From positions 23,186 to 87,185 of the forward strand of contig QHRW01000118.1 of the NCBI GenBank assembly GCA_003220265.1: a DNA stretch of 64,000 nt, in the 5' to 3' direction. Within the stretch, counting starts at the first letter, position 1; every line of letters starts with the position of its first letter. The notes beneath the pieces were generated by a model, which saw only the letters and a program-made list of their open reading frames with translations, searched no databases and was not told the origin of the DNA. This DNA comes from Candidatus Rokuibacteriota bacterium. Its GTDB lineage: Bacteria > Methylomirabilota > Methylomirabilia > Rokubacteriales > CSP1-6. The translations under genes were made by a program, and so were the position numbers. This document shows positions 1 to 9,384 of the stretch, piece by piece.

Positions 1-431
1 GTGGCGTGCTCGCCCGCCTGATCGACCAGCTCGCCCAGCACGAGGCCGTTGGGCGTGGGCTCGGCGGGCGGCTGCACGTCGTCGAAGGCGCTCAGCCCCA
101 GCACGCGCTCGATCAGGATCGCCGCGCGGTGCTCGCCGTCGGCGAGGACAAGCGCGCGCGGAGGGCCGATGGCCGCGCGGACCGGCAGGCCCAGCGCCGG
201 CCGCGCCTCCACCACGGGCAGCACGCTGCCGCGCAGGTTCATGACGCCGACGAGCGTGGCCGGCGCGCCCGGCACCGGCGTGGTCGTGTCGAGCATGACG
301 ACCTCGCGCGCCTCGACGACGTCCACCGCGAAGGGACGGCCACCCAGCATCACGACGCAGGCGCGGCGGGACAGCCGCGCCTCGGGGGCCGGGGCGGCCT
401 CGACCGCGGCGGTCGAGACGTCGGCCGGCAC
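1..431 (-). CDS. CheW/PilI-like chemosensory coupling protein, 3' end runs off window
   Basis: Manual translation of the minus strand from GTG at 431: ...RRACVVMLGGRPFAVDVVEAREVVMLDTTTPVPGAPATLVGVMNLRGSVLPVV, a CheW signature (GxxNLRG). It follows the response regulator. Confidence 0.85.
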   Translation of the reverse strand, partial: MPADVSTAAVEAAPAPEARLSRRACVVMLGGRPFAVDVVEAREVVMLDTTTPVPGAPATLVGVMNLRGSVLPVVEARPALGLPVRAAIGPPRALVLADGEHRAAILIERVLGLSAFDDVQPPAEPTPNGLVLGELVDQAGEHA

Positions 432-432
432 C

Positions 433-795
433 TCACCGGACAAAGCGGCCCACCATCGTGAGGAGCTGGTCGGACGTGAAGGGCTTGGGCAGGTAATCGT
501 CGGCGCCCTGGCGCTTGCCCCACGCGAGGTCGCTGGCCTGATTCTTCGACGACACCAGCACGATCGGCGTCGTCTTCGTGTGTTCGTTCTTCCTGAGCAA
601 GCGCAGCAGCTCGAAGCCGTTGCGCTTCGGCATGATGATATCGAGGAGCAGGATGTCGGGACGCTCCGCCGTGACCTTGTCCTCGAGCGCCTCACCGTCG
701 ATGAGGGTCACGACCTGGTGGCCAGCGTTCCGCAAGATGGACTCCATGAGCTTGAGCTCGGAGTAGGCATCGTCGACCACCATCACCTTCGCCAT
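433..795 (-). CDS. Single-domain response regulator, PilH/CheY-like
   Basis: C-terminal part of ORF 433..1626, from ATG 795: MAKVMVVDD...LLLDIIMP...KP; receiver motifs, adjacent to cheW. Confidence 0.9.
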   Translation of the reverse strand: MAKVMVVDDAYSELKLMESILRNAGHQVVTLIDGEALEDKVTAERPDILLLDIIMPKRNGFELLRLLRKNEHTKTTPIVLVSSKNQASDLAWGKRQGADDYLPKPFTSDQLLTMVGRFVR

Positions 796-1026
796 CGCAT
801 CTCCCTTCCATGGCGCACCGGGGGCGCGGATGAGCGGGAAGTGCAACGCGACTGCCAAGCGTGGGATGTGTCGCGTGTTGGAAATACGCCCAGGATAAGG
901 ACTGACGCTGTCGACGTTCTGACACGGAGGCCGTTGCGACACGGAGGATGCCGATCCGTGGCACTCGAGGCCAAATTGCCCAGGGGCCGGCGCGCAGGCG
1001 GGACGGAGTGACATATCATGGAGGCC

Positions 1027-1614
1027 ATGACGACACCCGTCGCCCTCACCGAGCGCGAGACGCTGCAGCGCTACGAGAAGCGCGGCGCCCTGCTGCGCGG
1101 CCACTTCCGCCTCACCTCGGGGCTGCACTCCGACATCTATCTGCAGTCCGCGCTGGTGTTGCAGCACCCGGAGGACGCGGCGGCCCTGGGGGAGAGCCTG
1201 GCCGCGACGTTCCGTGGCGACCGCGTGCACACGGTGCTGGCGCCGGCCATCGGCGGCATTCTCGTGGCCCACGAGGTGGCGCGCGCGCTCGGCGTGCGCG
1301 CGCTCTTCACCGAGCGCGAGAACGGCGAGATGCGCCTGCGGCGCGGCTTCACGCTGAGTCCCGGCGAGCGCTGCCTCGTGGTGGAGGACGTCATCACCAC
1401 CGGCGGCTCCACGCGCGAGGTGGTCCAGTGTGTCGAGGCGCACGGCGGGCTCGTCGTGGGCGTCGGCTCGCTGATCGATCGCAGCGGCGGCACTGCGACG
1501 TTCTCCGTCAAGCGCGTGGCGCTGGCCACGCTCAGCGCCGCGACCTATGCGCCGGAGTCCTGCCCTCTCTGCAAGACGGGCAGCATCGCCGTCAAGCCCG
1601 GCAGCCGCGCCTGA
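1027..1614 (+). CDS. pyrE: Orotate phosphoribosyltransferase
   Basis: GHFRLTSGLHS motif and PRPP-binding LVVEDVITTGGS; GGAGG precedes ATG 1027. Confidence 0.95.
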   Translation: MTTPVALTERETLQRYEKRGALLRGHFRLTSGLHSDIYLQSALVLQHPEDAAALGESLAATFRGDRVHTVLAPAIGGILVAHEVARALGVRALFTERENGEMRLRRGFTLSPGERCLVVEDVITTGGSTREVVQCVEAHGGLVVGVGSLIDRSGGTATFSVKRVALATLSAATYAPESCPLCKTGSIAVKPGSRA

Positions 1615-1669
1615 CCCGCCGCCCATGGCCGTAGCGCCGGCGGTGTGCGGCGCGGGCCGTCGTTCGAGC

Positions 1670-2026
1670 TCAGGGAGTCAGCACGCCGTTCTGCAGCAGG
1701 ACCACGCCGAGCCAGAGGAGCTGCGCGGCCACGAACACGGCGAGCCCGCGCTCGCGGCCCTGGTGGAGCTGCGTGCGGTACTGCCAGAAGCCGCCGACGA
1801 CGGCGACCAGGGCGAACAGCGTGCCGTCGTAGGTCTCGAGTAGGCCGTGGCGGGCGGCGAGCCCGCCGGCGAAGCTCCACAGCACCCACGCCGCCAGCCA
1901 GCCGGTCAGCACGGAGAGCACGGTGGCCGAGCGGGAGCCGGTGCGGCCGATCAGCCGCGAGGCGCCCAGCGTGAGCAGGCTGCCCACGATGACCACGCCG
2001 CCGGCGAGCCAGATCCAGCGTCTCAC
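1670..2026 (-). CDS. Small multi-pass membrane protein, last gene of ABC operon
   Basis: GTG at 2026 overlaps the permease stop (GTGA); 118 aa with several hydrophobic segments. Confidence 0.7.
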   Translation of the reverse strand: MRRWIWLAGGVVIVGSLLTLGASRLIGRTGSRSATVLSVLTGWLAAWVLWSFAGGLAARHGLLETYDGTLFALVAVVGGFWQYRTQLHQGRERGLAVFVAAQLLWLGVVLLQNGVLTP

Positions 2027-2844
2027 GCGCGGCCGCGATACTCGGGACGCCAGCGCAGCAGTCGCATCTCGAGCTGCTTGATGGCGAGCGCCATGACGAT
2101 GCCGATGACGCCGAGCGAGATCAGCGCCACCATCATGTCGGCGGCGTTCAGCGTCCCCAGCGACTGGATGATCAGGTAGCCGAGCCCGCCGCCCGACTCG
2201 CCGCCGAGGAACTCGCCGACGACGACGCCGATCAGCGCGAAGGAGATGGACGGCGTCAGCGAGGCGAACGTCCACGCCAGCGCCGAGGGCACGATGACGG
2301 TGCGCATGACCTGGCGGTCGGACGCGCCCAGGAAGCGCGCGGAGTGGATGAGGTCGGCGTCCACCGAGCGCGCGCCCTGGAACGTGTTGAAGAACACGAT
2401 GAAGAAGACGATGGTCCAGGCGAGCACGATCTTGGCCAGCACGCCGAAGCCGAAGATCATGGTGATCAGCGGCACCAGCGCGATGCGCGGCAGGGAGTTG
2501 AAGGCGACGATGTAGGGCTCGAACACGCGCGCCAGGCGCTCGTGGCGCCCGAGCACGAGGCCGGCCGCGAAGCCCGTGGAGACGCCGACCAGGAAGCCCC
2601 ACAGCGTGGACTGCACGGTCGAGAGCGCCATCTGCCAGATGGTGAGCCGCACCTGGCCGGAGGCGAGGTACGCGAAGCGCGCCAGGATCGCCGAGGGCCG
2701 GCTGATGAAGAACGGATCGATCCAGTAGAGGCCGGGCGTCCGCGAGATGGCCTTGATGCCGGTCAGCCATTCCCACGCGACGAGCAGCGCGGCCAGGATG
2801 GCCAGCCGCCACAGCAGCACGCGGCGGTGATCGGCGCGCGTCAC
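2023..2844 (-). CDS. ABC transporter permease, NitT/TauT (SsuC-like) family
   Basis: Hydrophobic; [10 protein letters not shown] and EAA-like loop (HSARFLGAS); GTGA overlap with the ATPase gene. Confidence 0.9.
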   Translation of the reverse strand: MTRADHRRVLLWRLAILAALLVAWEWLTGIKAISRTPGLYWIDPFFISRPSAILARFAYLASGQVRLTIWQMALSTVQSTLWGFLVGVSTGFAAGLVLGRHERLARVFEPYIVAFNSLPRIALVPLITMIFGFGVLAKIVLAWTIVFFIVFFNTFQGARSVDADLIHSARFLGASDRQVMRTVIVPSALAWTFASLTPSISFALIGVVVGEFLGGESGGGLGYLIIQSLGTLNAADMMVALISLGVIGIVMALAIKQLEMRLLRWRPEYRGRA

Positions 2845-3629
2845 GCCCGCCCCGCGAACTCTTCGCCCAGCACGTGCCAGATCCGCCCGTACTCGTGGGC
2901 GTAGTCGTCCGTCTCCCGCAGCTTGATGACGTCGCGCGGCCGCGGCAACGCGACGTCGTGGACCAGCTTCACGCGGCCGGGCCGCCGTGTCATCACGACG
3001 ATGCGATCGGCCAGCGTGATCGCTTCCGAGAGATCGTGGGTGACGAAGACGACCGTCTGGTGGCGCGCCTCCCACAGCGCGAGCAGCTCGGCGTGGAGGT
3101 CGAGCTTGGTGTGGGTATCGAGGGCGCCGAACGGCTCGTCCATCAACAGGATCTCGGGCTCGACCACCAGCGTGCGCATGAGGGCCACCCGCTGGCGCAT
3201 GCCGCCGGACAGCGTCGCCGGAAACGCCTCCTCGAAGCCCTCGAGCCCGGCCAGCGCGATGGCGTCACGCACGCGGCGCGCCTGCTCCGTGCGCGCCACG
3301 CCGCGGTACTCGAGACCGATGGCGATGTTGCGCGCCACCGTGCGCCAGGGAAACACGGTGTCCTTCTGGAAGACGTAGCCGACGTTCCCAGGGACACGCC
3401 CGGCCACGCGGACGCCGTCGATCTCCACCGTCCCCGCGCTCGGCGCCACGAGGCCGCCGATCATGTTGAGGATGGTGGACTTGCCGCAGCCCGAGGGGCC
3501 GACGATCGCCACGAACTCCTGCTCGCGGATCGTCACGCTGACGTCCTGCACGGCCGCCACCTCGCGCCCGCCCTCGCGAAAGGTCTTGGCGAGGTCGCGG
3601 ATGACGATGCGCGGGCGCCGCTCGGACAT
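2841..3629 (-). CDS. ABC transporter ATP-binding protein, NitT/TauT family
   Basis: Walker [15 protein letters not shown] signature, LLMDEPF. Confidence 0.95.
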   Translation of the reverse strand: MSERRPRIVIRDLAKTFREGGREVAAVQDVSVTIREQEFVAIVGPSGCGKSTILNMIGGLVAPSAGTVEIDGVRVAGRVPGNVGYVFQKDTVFPWRTVARNIAIGLEYRGVARTEQARRVRDAIALAGLEGFEEAFPATLSGGMRQRVALMRTLVVEPEILLMDEPFGALDTHTKLDLHAELLALWEARHQTVVFVTHDLSEAITLADRIVVMTRRPGRVKLVHDVALPRPRDVIKLRETDDYAHEYGRIWHVLGEEFAGRA

Positions 3630-3650
3630 CGGCGCCGCTCGGCCGCTCGT

Positions 3651-4334
3651 TCAGGCGAGGCGGACCACCTCGCCGGTCGCCAGGCGATAGAGCGCCTTGA
3701 CGACGGTGAGGCGGCCGCCGTCGGCGTGCCGGCGGAGGATCGCGCTGGACTCGAGGAGATCCTTGGCGCTCTGGTGCACGTTGGCCTCGACCGCGCGCGC
3801 GAGCAGCGTGTCGGCGCTCCCCTGCCCGTGCACGCGCTCGACGGCGGGCTTGATGTGCCTGACGAGCGCCTCCAGGCCGGGGCTGGGCATCGGCTCGCCG
3901 GACGCGGCCGCCTCCACCGCGCCGCACTTCTCGTGGCCGAGCACCAGCAGCAGCGGGGTGCGGAGATGATCCACCGCGTACTCGATGCTGCCGAGCGCGA
4001 CGGGATCCGCCACGTTGCCGGCCGCGCGCACCTCGAAGAGGTCGCCCACGGTCTGGTCGAACACGAGCGACGGGCTCACGCGGCTGTCCGAGCAGCCGAG
4101 CACGGTCACCAGCGGGTACTGCCCCCGCGCCAGCTCGCGCCGCAGCGAGGCCAGCGCGCGCAGTCGCGGCTTGCCGGCCACGAACCGCTTGTTGCCGGCG
4201 ACCAGCCCCTCCCAGATCTGGCCCGGGCTGGGCACCGGGCGCGCGGGCGCCGGGTCGGCGGCGTGCACGGCGGCGCGCCAGCCGCCGGCCAGGACGAGCG
4301 CGCTCGCGAGCGAGAACTCCCGCCGGGTGATCAT
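3651..4334 (-). CDS. Beta-class carbonic anhydrase with twin-arginine signal
   Basis: From ATG 4334: MITRREF (Tat-like), CSDSR and HEKCGA zinc-ligand motifs. Confidence 0.9.
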   Translation of the reverse strand: MITRREFSLASALVLAGGWRAAVHAADPAPARPVPSPGQIWEGLVAGNKRFVAGKPRLRALASLRRELARGQYPLVTVLGCSDSRVSPSLVFDQTVGDLFEVRAAGNVADPVALGSIEYAVDHLRTPLLLVLGHEKCGAVEAAASGEPMPSPGLEALVRHIKPAVERVHGQGSADTLLARAVEANVHQSAKDLLESSAILRRHADGGRLTVVKALYRLATGEVVRLA

Positions 4335-5404
4335 GCGCCGTACTTGCCGTGAGCCTTCTTGACGAACGACATGTCCACCGCCTTGGTGAAGGGAATCGGC
4401 TTGTCGATGGCCGTCGGGATGAAGACCTTCAGGCCGTTCGCGTAGTCCTTCTCGCTGATCAGAAAGTCCCAGTCGAAGATCGTCTTGTAGTAGCGCACGC
4501 TCTTCAGCACGTCCTCCCGCTTGAAGGTGTCCATGTACGGCTTGTGGAGCAGCTCCACGATCTGCTCGTCGCCGGCCTTGCGGATCCACTGCTGGGCGCG
4601 GTAGCAGGCGTTGACGTAGCCCTGCACGGCGTCCGGCGACTTCTCGAGCGTCTCGCGCAGGGCGAAGCCGACCGTCACCGGGATCGGCCCGCCGAAGACG
4701 CGGTTCCACGCCTTCTCGTCCAGCACGTCGTAGATCGGATGCCCGAAGCCCTCACTCTCCGCCGCGAACTGCCACTCCGGCACGGCCATGATCGCATCGA
4801 ACTTGCCGGCCTTCAGCCCGCCCAGCATCGTGGTGGAAGCACCGCCGCCGACCCACTCGACGTGCTCGTTCACGGGCTTGCCGTCGGGAGCCTTGGTGCC
4901 GCCCAGCACGTAGACGCCGTACACGTAGGTCCCGGAGCCGATGGCGGTGGCGGCGACGACGGCCTTGCGGCCAACCAGCCTGGCGTCGGCCAGCGCCTCC
5001 ACGCTCATCACGCCCTTGTCGTAGAGCTCCTTGCGCACGACGATGTTCGCGTACGAGCAGCGCGTGTCGGTGGCGAACAGGATGACCGTCTCGCGGCCCT
5101 TCTCGGTGGCCTTCAGCGGATGGTTGCAGTCGCCCAGGCCGAACATCGCCTGGCCCGCGGTGACGGCGTTGATCACGCGCGCACCACCGCCCGGCACGTT
5201 GAACCCCGGCAGGCTCAGTCCCTCGGCCTCGAAGAACTTCTTCTCGCGCGCGACCAGGTGCTGGCCGTACACGAACGTGGAGACGCTATGGGAGACGGTG
5301 ATCGGCTTGCCCTGCGCCCGCGCCCGCGAGCCCCGGCCGGCGAGCGCGAGCCCCGCGCCCGTGAGGCCCGTGGTGATGAGGAAACGGCGGCGCGTCCAGG
5401 CCAT
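4331..5404 (-). CDS. ABC substrate-binding protein, NitT/TauT family, Tat signal
   Basis: From ATG 5404: MAWTRRRFL; periplasmic binding-fold features; first gene of the ABC operon. Confidence 0.85.
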   Translation of the reverse strand: MAWTRRRFLITTGLTGAGLALAGRGSRARAQGKPITVSHSVSTFVYGQHLVAREKKFFEAEGLSLPGFNVPGGGARVINAVTAGQAMFGLGDCNHPLKATEKGRETVILFATDTRCSYANIVVRKELYDKGVMSVEALADARLVGRKAVVAATAIGSGTYVYGVYVLGGTKAPDGKPVNEHVEWVGGGASTTMLGGLKAGKFDAIMAVPEWQFAAESEGFGHPIYDVLDEKAWNRVFGGPIPVTVGFALRETLEKSPDAVQGYVNACYRAQQWIRKAGDEQIVELLHKPYMDTFKREDVLKSVRYYKTIFDWDFLISEKDYANGLKVFIPTAIDKPIPFTKAVDMSFVKKAHGKYGA

Positions 5405-5425
5405 GCGCGACCCTCCTGGGCACGG

Positions 5426-5465
5426 ATCATAACATATTGACAGTACAGCGAATTTCAGCCATTCT
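5426..5465. promoter_or_regulatory. Overlapping divergent sigma70-type promoters (yicC operon and ABC operon)
   Basis: Plus strand: TTGACA(5437-42)-17 nt-CATTCT(5460-65). Minus strand: extended -10 TGT-TATGAT at about 5426-34. Confidence 0.6.
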
Positions 5466-5475
5466 GAAGCACTCA

Positions 5476-6369
5476 ATGGTCCGCAGCATGACCGGGTTTG
5501 GGCGCGCGGAACTGCGCGGCGACGCTGTCGTCGTGTCGGTCGAGGCGCGCTCCGTCAACCACCGCCACCTCGACGTCGCCCTCCGCCTGCCCCGTGCGCT
5601 GGCCCCGCTCGAGCTCGATGCCCGGCGCGTGGTCGCCGCGCGGCTGGAGCGCGGGCGCGTGGACGTCGCGGTGCAGATCACCACGGTGACCGGACAGCCC
5701 ACCCAGCGCGTCGTCACCGACGCTGCGCTCGCGCGCGAGTACGTCGAGCGCGCCCGCGCGCTGGCCGCCGATCTCGCCGGCGCAGGCGTCGCCGGCGAGG
5801 TGCCGCTGGCGTGGGTGCTCGAGCGTCCCGGCGTCGTGCGCGTGGAAGAGGCGGAGCCCACGGACGCCGCGCTGCCGTGGACGACGCTGGAGCAGGTGCT
5901 CGGCCGCGCGCTCGATGAGCTGGTGGCGCGGCGCGAGGCCGAGGGCGAGCGCCTCGCCCAGGAGCTGCGCAGCCTGCATGGCGAGCTCGGCGCTATCGTG
6001 GAGACGATGGCCCTGCGGGCGCCCGTGGGCGCGCAGCGCCGTGAAGAGCGGCTGCGCGAGCGGATCCGGTCGCTGCTGGGCAGCGCCGGACTCGACGAGG
6101 CGCGCATCCTGACCGAGGCGGCCATGTGGGCCGACAAGGCCGACATCGCCGAGGAGCTGACGCGGTTGCGCGCGCACCTGGCCGAGCTGGCGCTCGTGCT
6201 CGACAAGGGCGGGCCGGTCGGGCGCGCGCTCGACTTCCTGCTGCAGGAGCTGGGGCGTGAGGTGAACACGGTGGCCAGCAAGGCCGACGACCTCGAGCTG
6301 AGCCAGGCCGCGCTGGCCGGCAAGGGCGTGCTGGAGAAGATGCGCGAGCAGGTCCAGAATCTTGAGTAA
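5476..6369 (+). CDS. yicC: YicC/YloC family endoribonuclease
   Basis: N-terminal SMTGFG, VEARSVNHRHLD and C-terminal GRALDFLLQELGREVNT...EQVQNLE; upstream of gmk. Confidence 0.92.
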   Translation: MVRSMTGFGRAELRGDAVVVSVEARSVNHRHLDVALRLPRALAPLELDARRVVAARLERGRVDVAVQITTVTGQPTQRVVTDAALAREYVERARALAADLAGAGVAGEVPLAWVLERPGVVRVEEAEPTDAALPWTTLEQVLGRALDELVARREAEGERLAQELRSLHGELGAIVETMALRAPVGAQRREERLRERIRSLLGSAGLDEARILTEAAMWADKADIAEELTRLRAHLAELALVLDKGGPVGRALDFLLQELGREVNTVASKADDLELSQAALAGKGVLEKMREQVQNLE

Positions 6370-6637
6370 GGTGAACGGGACTGCCGTGCGGTTGATGAAC
6401 GTCGGGCACGGCAACGTGGTGGTGGCCGAGCAGATCGTGGCCATCGTCGCGCTCGACTCGCTGCCCGTGAAACGGCTCATCGAGAACGCCAAGCGCAGCA
6501 CCAAGCTCATCGACGCCACCAACGGGCGGCGCACGCGCGCCGTCATCGTCACCGAGAGCGATCACCTCATCCTGTCCTCGCTGGAGCCCGCCACCCTCGC
6601 CCAGCGGCTGGCCTCCGATCGGGGCCCGGCCGAGTGA
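6362..6637 (+). CDS. DUF370 / RemA-like protein
   Basis: LMNVGHGNVV...IDATNGRRTRAVIVTESDHLILS pattern; conserved yicC-DUF370-gmk order. Confidence 0.85.
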   Translation: MSKVNGTAVRLMNVGHGNVVVAEQIVAIVALDSLPVKRLIENAKRSTKLIDATNGRRTRAVIVTESDHLILSSLEPATLAQRLASDRGPAE

Positions 6638-7248
6638 TCAGGCGCCGGGGGACGCTCTTCGTCGTGTCGGCGCCGTCGGGGGCCGGCAAGACGACGCTCT
6701 GCCGCGAGATCCGGCTGCGCCTGCACGACCTGGCCTACTCGGTGTCGGTCACCACGCGGCCGCCGCGGCCCGGCGAGATCGACGGCACCGATTTCCGCTT
6801 CGTCAGCGAGGCGCAGTTCCGCGAGTTGCTCGGCCGCAACGAGCTGGCCGAGTGGGCGACGGTGCACGCCAATCTCTACGGCACGCCGGCGGAGCCGCTG
6901 GAAGCCGCGCTCAAGGCCGGCCGCGACGTGCTGCTGGACATCGACACCCAGGGCGCCCTGCAGCTGCGCGCGCGCTATCCCGACGCCGTGCTGATCTTCG
7001 TGGTGGCGCCGTCGATGGGCGAGCTCGAGCAGCGGCTGCGCGAACGGCGCTCGGATTCCGAGCGCGAGATCGCGCGCCGGCTGGAGCGGGCGCGCGAGGA
7101 GGTCATGCTGTGGCGCCGCTACGACTACCTGATCGTGAACCGCGACGTGAAAGAAGCCATGGACCAGCTGGAGTCCATCATCCACGCCGAGCGCTGCCGG
7201 GTGGCGCGCCTGGCCCTCACCTTCCCCGACCTGGAGGTACCAAATTGA
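6634..7248 (+). CDS. gmk: Guanylate kinase
   Basis: SAPSGAGKTT, TTRPPRPGE, YGT motifs. Confidence 0.97.
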   Translation: MIRRRGTLFVVSAPSGAGKTTLCREIRLRLHDLAYSVSVTTRPPRPGEIDGTDFRFVSEAQFRELLGRNELAEWATVHANLYGTPAEPLEAALKAGRDVLLDIDTQGALQLRARYPDAVLIFVVAPSMGELEQRLRERRSDSEREIARRLERAREEVMLWRRYDYLIVNRDVKEAMDQLESIIHAERCRVARLALTFPDLEVPN

Positions 7249-7463
7249 TGGCGTTCCCTTCGCTGGAAGACGCGCTCAACAAGGTCTCGAACCGTTATCT
7301 GCTCGTCGTGCTGTCGGCCAAGCGGGCCCGCCAGCTCAACCGGGGCGCCGCGCCGCGCGTCGACTCCAAGCACAAGAAACCGACGAGCTCCGCCCTGGAG
7401 GAGATCGCCGCCGCCAAGGTCGAGTACCGCGTGAAGGAAGAGGGCGAGTCGGCCAAGGGGTGA
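7248..7463 (+). CDS. rpoZ: RNA polymerase omega subunit
   Basis: From ATG 7248 (TGATG overlap): NRYLLVVLSAKRARQL...KPTSSALEEI; gmk-rpoZ-coaBC synteny. Confidence 0.93.
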   Translation: MAFPSLEDALNKVSNRYLLVVLSAKRARQLNRGAAPRVDSKHKKPTSSALEEIAAAKVEYRVKEEGESAKG

Positions 7464-7464
7464 G

Positions 7465-8688
7465 ATGAGCACGCTCGACGGACGCGAGCTGATCCTGGGC
7501 GTCACCGGGTCCATCGCCGCCTACAAGGCGGTGTACCTCCTGCGCGAGCTCACGCGCGCGGGCGCCCGGGTGAGCGTCTGCCTGAGCGAGCACGCGCGCG
7601 AGTTCGTGGGGCCGCTCACCTTCCGCACGCTCTCCGGCCGCCCGGTGCTGAGCGACCTCTTCGATCCGCAGAGCGACGCCGCCGTCGAGCACGTCGCCCT
7701 CGCCGAGCGGGCCCACGCGGTGATCGTGGCGCCGGCCACCGCGAACCTTCTCGGCAAGGCGGCCGCCGGCATCGCCGACGACTTCCTGACGACGCTGCTG
7801 CTGGCCGCGCGCTGCCCGGTCGTCATGGCGCCGGCCATGGACGGCGGCATGTGGGAGCATCCGGCGGTCGTGGCCAACGTGGCCACGCTGCGCGGCCGCG
7901 GCGTGACGGTGCTGGAGCCGGACGCCGGCGCGCTCGCCTCCGGCCTCAGCGCGCGCGGCCGGCTGCCCGAAGCCGACGTGATCGTCGAGGCGCTGCTGAC
8001 CGCGCTCACCGTGCGGCGCGACCTCGACGGCCAGCGCGTGGTGGTGACGGCGGGACCGACCCGCGAGCCGATCGATCCCGTGCGCTACATCTCCAATCGC
8101 TCGTCGGGCCGGATGGGCTACGCGCTGGCGGCGGCCGCCGCGCGCCGCGGCGCGCTGGTGACGCTGGTGTCGGGCCCCACCACGCTCATGCCGCCGACGG
8201 CGGCGACCTTCGTGCCGGTGCAGACGGCCGAGCAGATGCGCGAGGCCGTGCTGCGGCACGCGGCCGGCAGCGCCGTCGTGATCAAGGCGGCCGCCGTCGC
8301 CGACTATCGCGTGCGGAACGCCGCCGACCAGAAGATCAAGGGCAAGCGCGACCTCACGCTGGACCTCACGCCCAATGCCGACATCTTGGCCGAGGTGGCC
8401 GCGCGGGACACCGGCGCCTTCATCGTCGGCTTCGCGGCCGAGACCAACGACGTCGTCGCCAACGCCCGGGCCAAGCTCGAGGCCAAGGGAATCGACCTGC
8501 TCGTCGCCAACGACGTCAGCCGGCGCGACATCGGCTTCGACGCCGAGGAGAACGAGGTCCTGCTCCTCGACCGCTGGGGCGGCTCGCGCGCGCTGCCGCG
8601 CATGGCGAAGACGGCGGTGGCCGACGCGATCCTCGACGAGATCCAGGCGCTGCGCGCCGCGCATCCCGTGCGGAAGGCCGTCCGCTGA
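7465..8688 (+). CDS. coaBC: Bifunctional phosphopantothenoylcysteine decarboxylase/synthetase
   Basis: GVTGSIAAYKA, APATAN, TAGPTREPIDPVRYISNRSSGRMG, GFAAET. Confidence 0.97.
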   Translation: MSTLDGRELILGVTGSIAAYKAVYLLRELTRAGARVSVCLSEHAREFVGPLTFRTLSGRPVLSDLFDPQSDAAVEHVALAERAHAVIVAPATANLLGKAAAGIADDFLTTLLLAARCPVVMAPAMDGGMWEHPAVVANVATLRGRGVTVLEPDAGALASGLSARGRLPEADVIVEALLTALTVRRDLDGQRVVVTAGPTREPIDPVRYISNRSSGRMGYALAAAAARRGALVTLVSGPTTLMPPTAATFVPVQTAEQMREAVLRHAAGSAVVIKAAAVADYRVRNAADQKIKGKRDLTLDLTPNADILAEVAARDTGAFIVGFAAETNDVVANARAKLEAKGIDLLVANDVSRRDIGFDAEENEVLLLDRWGGSRALPRMAKTAVADAILDEIQALRAAHPVRKAVR

Positions 8689-9374
8689 GCGACGAGGCGC
8701 GCGCCGCGCTGGCCGACGCCCTCGGCGATCTGGCCGCCACGCTCCGTTTCCATCGGGACCTCGGCGTCGAGCACGTCACCCTGGAGGGCGAGTATCTGAA
8801 GTCGCCGGCCGACGCGCTCCGCGCCCAGGAGGCCCGCCTGCAGGGCTGCCGCGCCTGCAAGCTCTGCGAGGGCCGCACCACCGTCGTGTTCGGCTCTGGC
8901 AACCCCGAGGCCGACCTCGTGGTGATCGGCGAGGGCCCCGGCGCCGACGAGGACGCGCAGGGTCTGCCGTTCGTCGGCCGCGCGGGACAATTGCTCACGC
9001 GGATGCTCGCGTCCGTCGATCTGGCGCGCGAGGAGGTCTACATCACGAACGCGGTGTTGTGCCGCCCGCCCGGCAACAGGAATCCCGAGGCGGACGAGCT
9101 GGCGGCGTGCGCGCCGTTTCTGGCCGACAAGCTCGGCGTGATGCAGCCGAAGGTGATCCTCACGCTCGGCAGCGTGGCGACGCAGGCCCTGCTGCGGACG
9201 AAGGAGCCGATCGGCAAGCTGCGCGGGCGGCTGCACCAGTACGGCGACGCCGTGCTGATTCCCACGTTCCATCCGGCCTTCCTGCTGCGCAATCCCGGCC
9301 AGGACTACAAGCGCATGGCCTGGGACGACCTGAAGCTCGCCAAGCGGGAGTACGACGCGCGCCGGACGCGCTGA
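8685..9374 (+). CDS. Uracil-DNA glycosylase family 4 (Fe-S), probable CTG start
   Basis: CRACKLC, GEGPG, FVGRAG, CRPPGNR, TFHPA motifs; the only plausible start is CTG overlapping the coaBC stop, with GGAAGG upstream. Confidence 0.88.
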   Translation: MSDEARAALADALGDLAATLRFHRDLGVEHVTLEGEYLKSPADALRAQEARLQGCRACKLCEGRTTVVFGSGNPEADLVVIGEGPGADEDAQGLPFVGRAGQLLTRMLASVDLAREEVYITNAVLCRPPGNRNPEADELAACAPFLADKLGVMQPKVILTLGSVATQALLRTKEPIGKLRGRLHQYGDAVLIPTFHPAFLLRNPGQDYKRMAWDDLKLAKREYDARRTR

Positions 9375-9384
9375 CGGCCGCACC

